DNA from: Longimicrobiales bacterium
GTDB lineage: Bacteria > Gemmatimonadota > Gemmatimonadetes > Longimicrobiales > Gaopeijiaceae
Direction of reading: 5' to 3'
DNA: 64,000 nt
NCBI GenBank assembly: GCA_965238005.1
Contig: OZ250165.1
Span: forward strand, 704,001-768,000
Shown here: one piece after another, positions 9,731 to 21,103 of the stretch
Numbering within the stretch: position 1 is the stretch's first letter
Layout of the letters: each line of letters opens with the position of its first letter
Translations under genes and position numbers: made by a program
Notes under the pieces: model-generated
What the model was told of the DNA's origin: nothing
What the model saw: the letters and a program-made list of their open reading frames with translations, nothing else
Database searches by the model: none

Positions 9731-10045
9731 ATGCAACCCTGGAAAATCAGCGCCGGCCTCACCGCCGCCATCGCGGGGTCTGCCGTGCTGCTCGCCGGGC
9801 CGCGCCTCGAATACCTCGCGCCGTATTGGCCGCTCCTCCTCGCCGAACACGGCGTCTTGCTCGCCCTGCACCTGGCGCTCGCACTCGCAGCCGTTGCGGC
9901 CGCCATCTACGCCGTCGCACGCGCCGCCGGGCTCGCCGACCTCGGCCGGCGCGTCGATCTCGCCGAGCGCTCCGTTCGGCGCGGCGAGGGGGACCCGGCC
10001 CTCACCGACGCGCTCCGCAGAGACGCCGAGGGCGACTGGGAATGA
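9731..10045 (+). CDS. Small membrane protein
   Basis: GGAGA RBS; two hydrophobic segments; ATGA overlap with the next gene. Confidence 0.7.
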   Translation: MQPWKISAGLTAAIAGSAVLLAGPRLEYLAPYWPLLLAEHGVLLALHLALALAAVAAAIYAVARAAGLADLGRRVDLAERSVRRGEGDPALTDALRRDAEGDWE

Positions 10046-10488
10046 ACGCGGAGACCGGGCGGGCGGCGGGCCGGCGAGATCGACCCAAACGTGCGCGCAC
10101 ACCTCGCGGCGCGTCCGTCGAGACCCTGCCAGTCACCTGGCGGACGCAGGCCAAGGCGCTCCGCCGGTACGGGGGCGAAGCTCCGGCCGTCGCGATCGAA
10201 AGCTGCGCGGCCGAGCTCGAGGCCACGCTCAGGGAGAGGGACGAGACCACCTTCTCGCTGACGGAGGCAGCCAGGGAGAGCGGCTACTCCGCTGACCATC
10301 TCGGCCGCCTCGTGCGCGACGGCAGGATCCCCAACGCCGGAAGGCCCGGCGCGCCCAGGATCGCCCGCTCGCACCTGCCACGGAAGACCCAGGCGCCAGC
10401 CACACCGCTACTGGTGGAAAAGCATCGCCGAGGCGAAGTTTCCAACGCGCAGATCGTGCAGTCCATCATCGAGAGAGGAATCGAATGA
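10042..10488 (+). CDS. Excisionase-like HTH protein
   Basis: FSLTEAARESGYSADHLGRLVRDGRIP (HTH_17/Xis-like); directly upstream of and overlapping the integrase. Confidence 0.7.
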   Translation: MNAETGRAAGRRDRPKRARTPRGASVETLPVTWRTQAKALRRYGGEAPAVAIESCAAELEATLRERDETTFSLTEAARESGYSADHLGRLVRDGRIPNAGRPGAPRIARSHLPRKTQAPATPLLVEKHRRGEVSNAQIVQSIIERGIE

Positions 10489-11648
10489 TGGCACGCACGA
10501 AACCTATCCGGCGCTCCTACGGCGCCGGCGAATGGGGCCGGAACCGGGTACGGGTCTTTCCCGATCCCAAGACCGGCGTGTTCCAGATCGAGTGGCGCGA
10601 GAACGGGCGCAGGCTCACAAGGTCGCTGAAGCACCGCGACTGGAGACGGGCGAAGCGGCAGGCGGACGAGTTCGCCGCTGGCTACCTCGGGCCGGAGCTC
10701 CACCGCAAGGCCGAAGCCGAGCCCGAGCCGCTCACCCTGGAGACGCTTTTTGACATCTACGGTGAAGAGGTGACGCCCACCAAGCGTGGGCGGTCGCGGC
10801 TGCACGACAGGGCCGCGATGAGGATGTTCCTCGGGTGCTTCGGCAGGGACCGGAAGCCCGCAACGCTCTCCCAGCGCGACTGGGACCGGTTCATCCGGGA
10901 GCGGCGCGCGGGCAGGGTCGGACCGAGCGGCAAACCCGTGTCCGACCGGATGATCGAACGGGACCTGAAGTTCCTGCTCGCGGTCCTCAACTGGGCCGTG
11001 AAGTCGAGGGACGAGCGGGGCGAACTGCTCCTCGGCTCGAACCCGCTCAAGGGCCTGAAGACGCCCACGGAGAAGAACCCGACACGGGTGATGCTTACCG
11101 AGGAAGAATACCGGGTCCTGCTCCACGTGTCTCTGGAGATGGACTGGCGCTTTCACGTTGCTCTGGTCCTCGCACACGAGACAGGACACCGCATCGGCGC
11201 CATCCGTCAGCTTCGATGGTCGGACATCGACCTTGAATGCGGAGTGGTGCGGTGGCGCGCAGAGCACGACAAGTCGGGCTACGAGCACCGGACGCCGGTC
11301 ACCGCCGAGGCGCTCGCCGCCTTGGAGGAGGCGCGAAAGAGGAATCCCGGTATCGGGGACGCGCCCGTGCTGCCCTCGCCTTGGGATCGCTCGAGGTGCG
11401 TGAGCTGTTCCTGGACGCAGCGCTGGTGGGAGAAGGCCGTAGCGCTCGCAGGGCTGGAATCCAAGCGTGGCCGCGGCTGGCACTCCCTAAGGCGGAAGTT
11501 CGCCTCCGACCTCATGGACCAGCCGCTCAAAGTGCTCTGCGAACTCGGCGGTTGGAAGGAGGCCAAGACGGTGCTGCACTGCTACCAGCGGGCCGATGAG
11601 GCACAGCTCAGGAAGGCTCTGGAGAGCCGTCGCAGAGTTCGCGCCTGA
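10485..11648 (+). CDS. Tyrosine integrase of the ICE
   Basis: ETGHRIGAI, HSLRR, LGGW and LHCY catalytic pattern. Confidence 0.9.
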   Translation: MMARTKPIRRSYGAGEWGRNRVRVFPDPKTGVFQIEWRENGRRLTRSLKHRDWRRAKRQADEFAAGYLGPELHRKAEAEPEPLTLETLFDIYGEEVTPTKRGRSRLHDRAAMRMFLGCFGRDRKPATLSQRDWDRFIRERRAGRVGPSGKPVSDRMIERDLKFLLAVLNWAVKSRDERGELLLGSNPLKGLKTPTEKNPTRVMLTEEEYRVLLHVSLEMDWRFHVALVLAHETGHRIGAIRQLRWSDIDLECGVVRWRAEHDKSGYEHRTPVTAEALAALEEARKRNPGIGDAPVLPSPWDRSRCVSCSWTQRWWEKAVALAGLESKRGRGWHSLRRKFASDLMDQPLKVLCELGGWKEAKTVLHCYQRADEAQLRKALESRRRVRA

Positions 11649-11652
11649 GACC

Positions 11653-11730
11653 AATCAGCGGGAATCAATCGGCGGGAATCCGGTCCGGTATGCCCGTAAG
11701 TTCAATTACCCCAAGCAGATGTGAACCTGT
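11653..11730. other. ICE att end with arm-type tandem repeat
   Basis: AATCAGCGGGAATC-AATCGGCGGGAATC (11653-11680), then a junction into the truncated int2. Confidence 0.65.
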
Positions 11731-12532
11731 CGGCTTCTGCCCACTCGGCCCCCCGCACCTCACCCCATCGTGCCGCCGTCAGCACCAGGAACTCGAACGC
11801 CAGCCGGACGGCCAGCGGCACCGTTGATGCCCGCGCGGTCTGGATGGCCGCGGCCACCTCTCGATGCGGCAGCGCCCGCATGTGCTGCACGACGTCACGC
11901 TGGGGACCCAGGACCGGCCCGATCCGGTCGCACGGGTTGTCGATCCGGAACTCCATCGCCACCGCCCACTCCAACACCGCGCGGATGCGCTGCCGCAACC
12001 GCCGGGCGGTGTCCGCCTTCGTGTGCCAGATGGGAGCGAGGATCTCCAGCACGTCGGCGCTAGTGACCTCCGAGACCGGCATCTTCCCGATGCGCGGAAA
12101 GGCGTACCGCTCGAAGGTCAAGATCCAGTCGCGGCCGTGCGCCCGATTTCGCCAGCCGGCTTGCTTCTGTTCCACCACACGCGCGGTGGCTTCGGCGAAG
12201 CTCGGTACGCCCTGCCTACGACGCTTCTCGGCAAGCGGGTCGCCGCCCTCGCGGGCCAGCTTACGGTTGGCCAGCGCCTTTTCCCGGGCCTCGGCGAGGG
12301 AGACCAGCGCAACGCTGCCGAGCCCGAGCTCGCGGCGCCGACCCCGGATGACCAGGCGCTGAATCCAGCTTCGGGTTCCGCTCGGCTGGACGAAGAGGTA
12401 CAACCCGTTGCCGTCCGCGTGTCTTCCAGGCGGGGCAGTGCGCACGAAGGCGGCCGACAGGGCCTTGTCGGGATGGCGGCCCTTGGGCTTGGTTTTCCGG
12501 GGCGGAGTGGCCTTGTTCGTTCCAGTAATCAT
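11702..12532 (-). pseudogene. P4-type tyrosine integrase (int2), 3' truncated
   Basis: Arm-binding and core domains present to RWGEVRGAEW; HxxR and catalytic Tyr missing. Confidence 0.9.
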
Positions 12533-12685
12533 CCCCGCATAATATAGGGGATGGAGGCGGATATCAATGGATGTTGTGATCGGAGTGCGTTGCTAGTCGA
12601 TGCTCGTAACTTACTGTTATCACAGTCATTTATGGACTTAACTGGACGATACTGCACACCGTTCCAGATAGTCTGCCCATTCCTG
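12533..12685. other. att-like end of the int2 element
   Basis: AT-rich with IHF-like TAACTTACTGTTA; abuts truncated IS3 orfB at ~12683. Confidence 0.55.
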
Positions 12686-13098
12686 GGTCGTGCGTGGCTG
12701 CCCGAGCACCCGGCACGCTCTCCTCTCCGACGCCCCGAGCTGCTGACGTACACGCACCACACAACGTCGTCGGCGCTCGGGGCTCAGAAGTTTCCCTTGG
12801 CCGCTTCCTCCAGGATCAGCTTGTCCAGTGTCAAGTCCGACCCGGATCGCTTCAGGCGCCCGTTCTCGCGCTCGAGCTCCTTCAGGCGCCGTGCCTGGCT
12901 CACCTTCATCCCGCCGAGCTCCCGGCTGATCAGCTTCACGGATTTGCCGCGGGCCAGACCCACCTCTGCCTCCCGCAGTGCAGTGATGATCTGCTCCGGA
13001 GTGTGTCGCTTCCTTCCCATCCTGACCTCCTCGCTGAAAAGCTTCAGGCCAGGTCGATCCTAACATTGCACCTGGTCTCGTTTCAGCGGGTCAGGTCA
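12683..13098 (-). mobile_element. IS3-family remnant (IRL, internally deleted orfA, start of orfB)
   Basis: IR TGACCTGACC..GAAACGAGACCAGG ends at 13098; orfA MGRKRHTPEQII..LKELERENGRLK; GGGAAAC frameshift window; orfB LLSPERRRRCV..SERRACRVLG cut at ~12683. Confidence 0.85.
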
Positions 13099-13393
13099 CT
13101 ATAGTTTTGGGGGCTTTTCAATCCTGAACGGCGCGCGGCACGGCGTCAGGCGCGCTCCTACTTCCGTTCGCAACGCCCGCACCTGAAGCTTACTGAAATG
13201 CGGCCCCGAGCAACCGAACCCGATCGTTGGGTCTTTGCCGCCTTTCATTATGACCCGGAGCACCCCGTTAAGCCCACGCCCTACAGTCTGATCGCCGTCA
13301 CCCGAAACACCCTGGAGGTCTCCTTCATCGAATTGTCACCGGATTCCCCTTATTGGTACGGTGCGCGCAGATAGCCCATGTGGCCTTGCCCCT

Positions 13394-14771
13394 GAGCTAG
13401 GATCAAAGGGTGTGTAAAAAGAGAGGCGACGTACCTTTGCGCTGAGATTTAAACCAGCGAGTCCGGGTGACAGCCCGGGGAAAGGAACGTCGCCTCATGA
13501 GGAAGGATATCGCGGGACCCGAGACCGAGTCCACCATGCCGCTGTGGGAGGGCCTGGAGGGAGTGGTCCGTGAGAAGGCCCGGGAGTTCATCCAACAGAT
13601 CTTGGAGGAGGAAGTCACCGAGCTCCTCGGCCGTGAGAAGTCAGAGCGGAAGGCAGCCGTGGATGCGGCGCCTGGCTACCGCAACGGGTACGGCAAGGCG
13701 CGGCGGCTGTCGATGAGTTCGGGCACGATCACGGTGCGACGCCCCCGGGTACGGGGTCTGGAGGAACGCTTCGAGAGTCGGGTGTTGCCGCTGTTTGCGA
13801 GACGGACGAAGGAGGTAGGGGAGTTGATACCGGAGCTGTACCTACACGGGTTGGCCGAGGGGGATTTCGAGCTGGCGCTCAGGGGCCTACTCGGTGAGGG
13901 GGCGCCGCTGTCGAAGGCTTCGATCCGCAGGCTCAGGGCCGTGTGGTCGAGTGAGTTCGAGATGTGGGCGAAGCGGTCCTTGGCGGACCGTGAGGTTGTC
14001 TATGTATGGGCGGCCGGGATCTACGTGAAGGCGGGCCTGGAGCGAGACAAAGCGGCGCTGCTGGTGGTGATGGGAGCCATGCGCGACGGGACGAAAGAGG
14101 TTCTGGCCGTCACATCAGGCTACCGGGAGTCAACGGACTCGTGGGCGGAGGTCTTTCGGGGTCTCAAGGCTCGAGGCCTCGCAGCGCCGAAGCTACTGAT
14201 GGCCGACGGTAACGCGGCGATCTGGGGCGCGGCGAGGACGGTGTGGCCTGAGGCCGGCGAGCAGCGGTGCTGGAATCACAAGATGAGGAACATCCTGGAT
14301 CGGCTTCCGCAGCGCGGGCAGTCAGAGGCCAAGGAACTGCTGCGCACAGTCGTCTACGCCTCGACACGGGCCGCGGCGCTCAAAGCTCGTCAGGCGTTCG
14401 GCAAGCGTTATGGGCCGTGGTACCCGAAAGCTGTGACGGTGCTCGAGGATGACTGGGACCGCATGGTCACGTTCTACGACTTCCCCGAAGCCCACTGGAA
14501 GCATCTACGGACGACGAATGTGGTGGAAAGCCCGTTCGCTTCGGTACGGCTCCGCACGTCGGCAGCAAAACGATTTAAGCGCGTCGACAGGTGCTACCGC
14601 CCTCATCTGGAAGCTCCTGACGGTGGCGGAGAAACGCTTCAGAAGGCTTGACGCTCCAAACCTGCTCAAGGACGTGTTTGAAGAAAGGAAGTTCAGGGAC
14701 GGTAAGCCCGTCTCAGCTCATCAGCGCAAAGCAGCCGCCTGAAACGTTTACACACCTATTGACCCGACCTC
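13394..14771 (+). mobile_element. IS256-family element, probably inactive
   Basis: Imperfect TIRs GAGCTAGGATCAAAGGGTGTGTAAA / TTTACACACCTATTGACCCGACCTC; no TSD seen. Confidence 0.85.
13497..14742 (+). pseudogene. IS256-family transposase with a catalytic D->A change and a late frameshift
   Basis: YRNGY, MADG, QRCWNHK, LRTTNVVES; VWAAGIY where D is expected; +1 frameshift near 14590. Confidence 0.85.
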
Positions 14772-14825
14772 AAACCCGGGACAGTTTCATGTATCCGCAC
14801 TTCCGTTTCCTAGCAAGGAGGAACA

Positions 14826-15143
14826 ATGGCACTCGTGGGGAAGTACGCTTTTCTCGTTGGACTGGTGATCGCGGTGGCCGGAGGCTTAGGCTTTGAACAA
14901 GCGTGGTTTGGCTGGGTACTCGCCGTGCTCGGCCTGGTCGTTGGATTCTTGAATATCAGCGACAAGGAGAGTCAGACCTTCCTCTTAGCGGCGATCGCGC
15001 TGATCGTAGCGACCAGCGCTGTCGGAGCGATCCCCTACATCGGGGAGGGGATGACCCGGATCATCGCGAACCTCGTGCTCTTCCTGGGGGGCGCGGTCTT
15101 GGTCGTCGCGGTGAAGAGTCTGTTCGCGGTCGCGAGAGACTGA
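14826..15143 (+). CDS. Small multi-pass membrane protein
   Basis: AAGGAGG RBS; four hydrophobic segments. Confidence 0.8.
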   Translation: MALVGKYAFLVGLVIAVAGGLGFEQAWFGWVLAVLGLVVGFLNISDKESQTFLLAAIALIVATSAVGAIPYIGEGMTRIIANLVLFLGGAVLVVAVKSLFAVARD

Positions 15144-15240
15144 AGTCACTCTGCCGCAGGCACATTTGGCCTCCTGGGTTCGTGGCTGAGCCAGGTGCCG
15201 TCTTGCGACCACGTGGAAACACGGAGGTAGGCGATGGTTT

Positions 15241-16482
15241 TCACGGATGTGTCCACGACAAGGCGCAATCCTGTCTATTTACGACCGTGAGCGCTGCGTT
15301 CACGGATTCGAGAACGTTGGTCGTCTTCAGCGAACGGCCAACCAGCGGGAACACGCCGAGTCGATGCAGGGTCAACGTCTCCTCGAACCCTTCGTCCAGG
15401 CTCGCAACCGCCGACTGGTTGAGCGCGGCCAGCTCAGCCCGCATCGCTTTCAGGTCCCGCTTCGCCTCCGCGTAGGTGGGCCGCTCGTAGGCTCGCTGCA
15501 GACGTCCACGCCAGGCCTTCTGCTCGGTGCGTGGCAGGTACGAGACCACATTCTCTCGCTTGTGCCATTGGCAGCGCTGGATAAGCACCTGGCCCCGGAA
15601 CACCGTCGTCACTGCCGACTTCAGCCCCTTGGCGCCGTCGATCACGACCAGCGCTCCGGCCGACAGATCGAGTCCCCGATCCTTCAGGGAGCGCAGAAAG
15701 CTCGTGATCACCCGGGCGTTCTCCGTTTCCGTCTGCACGAATCCCGCAAACACCTTGTCTCCCCCCATCGTCACGGCTAACGCGACGACGATTTCGTCAT
15801 TGGCAAACGTCTTGCCGTCCAGGAAGAGCGCCACGACGTCGAGCTCTGTAAGCTCACGTTCCTGAAACGCCTTCAGCTGCCTGGCGGTCGCCTTCTTGAA
15901 CTCCCGCGACACCGTCGACTTCGACAGCCCGATCGCCCCCGGCACTGCCTCCACCGCGGCCTCGTAGTCACGACACGAGATCCCAAGCAGGACCTTGCGG
16001 AACAACCCCTCGTCCACCTCGCCCGCCGCCCAGTGCAAGCGCTCGTACGACTCCAGACGCGCCTCTCCCTCCAGACCTCGCACCCGAGGGACCCGGACCG
16101 GATGACGCTGCCCGCCCAGGCGTACCGAGCCCGGGTTGCTCCCATGCCGGTAGATCACTTCTCCTTCTCCCTTGCGGGCGTGCCTCGGACCCGCCAACCG
16201 CTCGACCTCTTCGTCCAGCACCCGCCCCACCTCCGCCAGCCCAAGCGGTATCAATTCCTGGATCAATTCCACCCGCATCTCGGTCCTCAGCGCCTCGATC
16301 GCTTCCCAGTCCAGTTCACTCGGCGCACCCATCCTTCGGTCCTTCTTGCCTCGACGTACAAGCTGTGGCACTCTCTCCATTGGTGGCCTCCTTCCTCTCA
16401 TGGTTCGGTGTTGTGTTCCTCACACCCACCTTACCCGAGGTCGGAGGTCACTTCAAATTCCAACTAAACTTAGGACACCCTC
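15241..16482 (-). mobile_element. IS256-family element, 3' truncated (transposase ORF 15241-16401)
   Basis: FLDGK, VVIDGAKGL, QRCQWHK, LKTTNVLES; end sequence GAGGGTGTCCTAAGTTTAGTTGGAA at 16482; homology stops at ~15290. Confidence 0.85.
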
Positions 16483-16699
16483 CGAGGCCTTGGCTCCATT
16501 GGACACGAAAATCCGACCCTCCACTTCACACCCTTGCGGCGTGCTATGGGTGAGCATCACTGCGCGAATCGGGACGCCGCGCGATCCAAACCATCCGATG
16601 GAACGAGTACTCGGGTCACGATGAGGATGTGCGGAGTCCCCGCCATTGTAGAAGGTGTCCGGTTCCGGGGCGAGTCGGGCCGGCGAGAGCAGCGAGGAC

Positions 16700-17500
16700 T
16701 CAATACTGCGACTCGGCGGGTCTCTTCTCGCCGGCCGACACGGTGAGCGCCAACCGGTTCTCACGGGGAGGAAGCGCGCAGGTGGAGAAAGCCGTAAAGA
16801 CGCACGGGGGGTTGTAGGCGCGATTGAAGTCGATCGTCGTCCAGCCGTCCTCGTCGGCAAGCGGCGCGCCCAGATACCGACCTCCCTGATATGTGGACGA
16901 CGTGGCGGTCGAGTCCCACATCAGGATGAAGTACCGAGAGGCGTTCGCGCCGGCCACGGCAACCAAGCGATGCTCCTGACCGTTCCTCCGGAAGACCAAT
17001 TCCCCTGGCGTCTCGTACTCGATCGTCCCGTTGGTTACGTCCCAGAGCGGCAGAGGCCGGGGCGCGGGGTAGGGCTCGAAGCGGGCCTTGACGCGCCACG
17101 CAGGGTCGATGGAAAAGTACTCGGGGAGCTCGAAAGACTCTCGCTTCCGATGATCCTCGTCCCAGGTGCGGAGCCACAGCCGATCGGTGCCCGGCTCTCC
17201 ATAGATTCGCATTCCCAACGAGCCCCGCTTGAGGGTGGTGGTGGCGTCTGTCCGGTCGCTGTTGAGAGCCATCTTCTCGGTCACGGGAGCCACTTTCTCT
17301 TCCTCATCCTCTGCCGCTTCCACCACGTACTGGAGCTCGCGGGAGTGAGGCTCGAGCCTAATCTGCTGGCCGGACCGGTGGAGCGTTCCGGCCAGGGGCG
17401 GCGAGTCCTCTGGCGGCAGGACGATCGGCAAACTTGGATCGGAGCCGAACGGCGTGGCTCCTTGAGGCAGCTCCCACAGGCCGTTCCACGCGACTCCCGC
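16700..17500 (-). pseudogene. DUF1684-family protein, probably 5' truncated
   Basis: TYQGGRYL..IDFNRAYNPPCVFT..TCALPPRENRL..AGEK; frame extends upstream (GLWELPQGATPFGSDP) with no clear start. Confidence 0.75.
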
Positions 17501-17696
17501 GTAAGGGCGTATCTTCTCAGCGTCCAGAAGGAGCGACGGCTACGGACCGATCCGAGCGGCTAGCCGGGAGGCGCCGCAGGGGCTATATGAAGCGCTCCTA
17601 GCGTCAATGATCCGAGACGGTGCCGGAACGGAGCCGACTGAGCTGCCGCAGGCCGCGGGCTGGCGAAACGCAACTCAGAATTCTTGGAGAGAGCGA

Positions 17697-18479
17697 ATGT
17701 CAGACAACCAGATTGTGACGACCGCAACCCTCGCAATCGCCTTCCTCGCAGCGGTGCCCGCCTCTGCACAGATCGAAGTCGGTACGGAGGTAGCACTGAA
17801 CAGCCAGTACGTCTGGAGGGGACTGAACATCACGAGCCCGTTCGTAATCCAGCCGCGTCTTTGGGCCTCGCGGGGAACGTCCCAAGGGACCTTCACGGCC
17901 GGCGTTTGGGGCAACGTTGAAGTATCCGATCCGGGATCCGACGACCTCACGTTGCGTGGCGAGGCCGGCCTTGGCCAGGTCGACTACTTCGGAGAGTATA
18001 CCCAGGGGTTCGGAAGCCTCGACGTAACCATCGGCGTCAACTTCCAAACGTTCCAGGGTTTCCCAGGGGCCAGCAATGCCAACTCGCCCGAGCTCTACGG
18101 CAGCATCGGAGCCTCCCTCCCGCTCTCGCCCTCGCTCGTGGTCTATCACGATGTCGGGGAGGTGAAAGGTGCCTACATCGAAGCCAGCGTCGGCCACTCG
18201 GTCGCCATCTTCGACTTCGGCGCCGCCGCCGGTTTCAGCGCGGGCCAGGAGGCCAATGCAACTGCCCCGGAAGAGTTGGCCTATTTCGCGGAGAGCGGCC
18301 TGACCCACTTCGACCTCTCCGCCTCCACGAGCTTCACCGCGGGGACGCTCTCGATCGCGCCCGGGATTCACTACCAGATCAGCCAGGACGCCAACACCAA
18401 GCGCACGGCGCAGACGAGATCCGCTCGCACGCACATCTGGTTCGGCGCGACTGTCAGCTGGTCGGAACTCATCGACTGA
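17697..18479 (+). CDS. Outer-membrane beta-barrel protein (TorF/Gcw_chp-like)
   Basis: Signal peptide ..AVPASA-Q; SQYVWRGL..VIQP motif; alternating beta strands. Confidence 0.75.
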   Translation: MSDNQIVTTATLAIAFLAAVPASAQIEVGTEVALNSQYVWRGLNITSPFVIQPRLWASRGTSQGTFTAGVWGNVEVSDPGSDDLTLRGEAGLGQVDYFGEYTQGFGSLDVTIGVNFQTFQGFPGASNANSPELYGSIGASLPLSPSLVVYHDVGEVKGAYIEASVGHSVAIFDFGAAAGFSAGQEANATAPEELAYFAESGLTHFDLSASTSFTAGTLSIAPGIHYQISQDANTKRTAQTRSARTHIWFGATVSWSELID

Positions 18480-18510
18480 CCCGCGGCGATCCTAGAGACG
18501 CCGTGAGGGA

Positions 18511-18537
18511 GGGGGCGCCTGCGGGCCGGGCGCCCCC
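18511..18537. terminator. GC-rich hairpin between convergent genes
   Basis: GGGGGCGCC-N9-GGCGCCCCC; no strong U tract. Confidence 0.45.
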
Positions 18538-18591
18538 CCTGACTCGTTCTCGGAAGCCGGCGCCCAGTGCCGGTTTCCCACTACCACCGCA

Positions 18592-20435
18592 TCACCCTCC
18601 TTGGTACGAGCAGTAGGACGCCACCATATCGAGCCAGCCAGCTCCGAGCGGCAGCCCGCGCGGGCCGCTAGCCTTCCAGGCCCGGCCGGCCGCGCTCAAG
18701 CCCCAAACGCCCACCCCGGAGCCACCCAGGAAGTCCATCGCCCCTATCCCGATGGGAGCCCCCGGCGGCGCGTCCGGCGCCGACTGGACGCCGTAGGGCT
18801 CGACCGGCCGCTCTAGGAAGCGGCTGATGTCGAGCGCGAGCAGCCGCTCGCTCGCGAGCGGCGCGTCGAACGGGGCGTCGATGTGGGTCAACGCCGTGCT
18901 CTGCTCCGCGAAGAGCCTCCCGGCGCCTTCCAGGTAGGCCGTCGCAATGGCTCTCACCTGGGGCATCGCCGCCCCGTCCGCCAGCGCCATCAACCGGTCA
19001 ATCGCCACCCGGCGCACGGCCCGACGGATTTCGGCCTCATAGGGTGGATCGCCCTCATCGGCCCCCGTCGCCGCCAGGGTCCCCGCGATTACTTCCTCGA
19101 GGCCGGGGAGCGCCGGGTCGAGAGCGTGCTGCTCGACGAGCCGCGCAGCCCTCGCGGGCTCCAGCAGCTCGGAGATCGTGTGGTCGGACGCGACCACGGC
19201 CGGGGAGATCGCGTCGAACATGACGCCGGTGTAGCGGGGGAACAGCTCTCGGGTGCGGCCGTAACCCGACGGCCGGGGAGGCAAGGAAGCGAGCACGGTC
19301 CTGGGCACTGCGAGCGCCGACGGGGCCAGCGTCGCCAGCAGGGCCTGGATGGCCGCCCGCTGGTCCGTGGCCGACACGGGCTCCACCGGGGTGCGGCCGT
19401 CCCCTCGGAAGGCGTAGATGTAGTGCATGCCGCCCACCGAGGACGCCGTCGAGGTCACCTGATAGCGGTGATGCATGTAGAGGGGGACCAAGACTTCCTC
19501 CATGGTGGCCATCGGCATGCCGTTCTTGATGGCCCGCTCGCCGAAGCGGTCCAGGGCGAAGCGGCGGATCCCCATCACGGCGTCGAGGTCGGCGCTGGGG
19601 TTCATGCCGTTGGCCCACTGATCCACTCGGGCGTGCGCCGATTGATCCTGATTCGACAGGTAGTGGATGTCCTCGGCCCAGGCGTCGTCCAGGGTCCTCT
19701 TGAGCGCCGGCGGCGCCTCGGACTCGTCCGCGTAGACCGAATACCCGTAGGCAGTCGCCACCCGGTCCCACTCGCCGATCTCCGCTTCGTAGACGTCCGA
19801 GTAGTCGAGACGCCCGTCCTCGAGGGTCACGAGGGGGTGCGGGTAGTCCATCACCGAGATCCGACCCTTCTCGCTGTTGTAGTAGTTGTGCCCGAGGCCC
19901 AGGGTGTGACCCACCTCGTGAGCGCTGAGCTGGCGGATGCGGGCCAGGGCCCATTCGGCGAGCTCGGGCGGCGTCTCGTCGCCGTCCTCGTAGGGAGACA
20001 GCAGGCCCTCGGCGATCATGTAGTCCTGGCGGATGCGGAGCGACCCGAGCGTCACCCGACCCTTAAGGATCTCTCCGGTGCGGGGGTCTGTGACGGATCC
20101 GCCCGAGCTCCAGCCGCGGGTCGATCGGTGCACCCAGTTGATCACGTTGTAGCGCACGTCGTGTGAGCTGATCCCAGGAGGCCGAAGCTCCACCCGGAAG
20201 CCTCCTCGGAAGCCCGCCTCCTGGTAGGCCTGCTCCCACCACCGAGCGCCGTCGAGGAGCGCGGACCGGATGGGCTCCGGCGTCCCGGGGTCGAGGTAGT
20301 AGACGATGGGCTCGACGGGCTCGCTCACCGCCGCCGACGGATCGCGCTTCTCCAGACGGTGCCGGCGGATGAAGCGCTTCGTCATGGGCTCACCCAGCGG
20401 AGCCCAATAGTCGGAGAACGTCATCCTGCCGAAGC
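18592..20435 (-). pseudogene. Zinc-dependent metalloprotease (EcxA/DUF4953-like), 5' truncated
   Basis: HEVGHTLGLGHN, SVMDYP, EPIVYYLDPGTP; no signal peptide or N-terminal domain; cut at ~20435. Confidence 0.85.
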
Positions 20436-20550
20436 GTGTGCGGAAGGATGTGAGTCACGGCAAGAATCACCAAGAGATTTATAAGTTGTTATGATACAAC
20501 GAGATGCATATGTTATGCCATTTGTCATTCCCTCTTCATACCCAGTTTTT
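20436..20550. other. att-like end bordering the defence cargo
   Basis: AT-rich; TCATTCCC/TCATACCC repeats (20525, 20536); abuts the truncated protease. Confidence 0.5.
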
Positions 20551-21103
20551 CAAACTGGATTCCCCGCGACGCTGGCGGACCTTCGTGGACTCGCGGACGG
20601 GATGGATCGAACTGATCGACGCACCTCGCCGACAACGGTCGGGAGCCCCAACGAGAACAGTACCCACCCCCTGCGCTCAGGCCACCACGCGGTAGATTCG
20701 GCGCTCGGGATCGCCACAGAGAGAACAGCGATCACTTCTGCGACGAGGGTCTCAATTCCGACGGCCTGCGTGTGCCCTGCGTCCGGTTGATCGCAAGCGC
20801 GCAACCGCCTTATTGTGTTCCACCTCCACCTCGCATCCAAGTCTCGCATTTCCGAAGCCGACGGGAGATCGCCAGTGAGCCGATTCAAGGACGCCGAGCC
20901 CATCTTGGCGGCAGCCGAACGCTGGAAGCGGCGGTGCCTCTTGGACGAGAAGTCGCTGTTCACTGGGCGGTCCATGTGGACTCACGAGGGCTTTGACGAA
21001 CTGCGCAGACGGTATGTGGAGAGCATCGAAGACGGTTTACCCGCAACCTCGTTTCTGGGTGAACTTGAGCGCACGGTCAAGTCCGGATCGCCAAATGCCA
21101 GCT

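Noticed and set aside
8959..10041. 509-aa Arg-rich ORF and similar long Arg/Pro/Gly-rich ORFs throughout
   Set aside because: Shadow frames of high-GC genes; only 10042-10488 is credible.
13100..13374. Possible ncRNA between IS3 and IS256
   Set aside because: Reads as the 3' remnant of an unknown ORF (..WVFAAFHYDPEHP..PYWYGARR*) cut by IS3; no structure evident.
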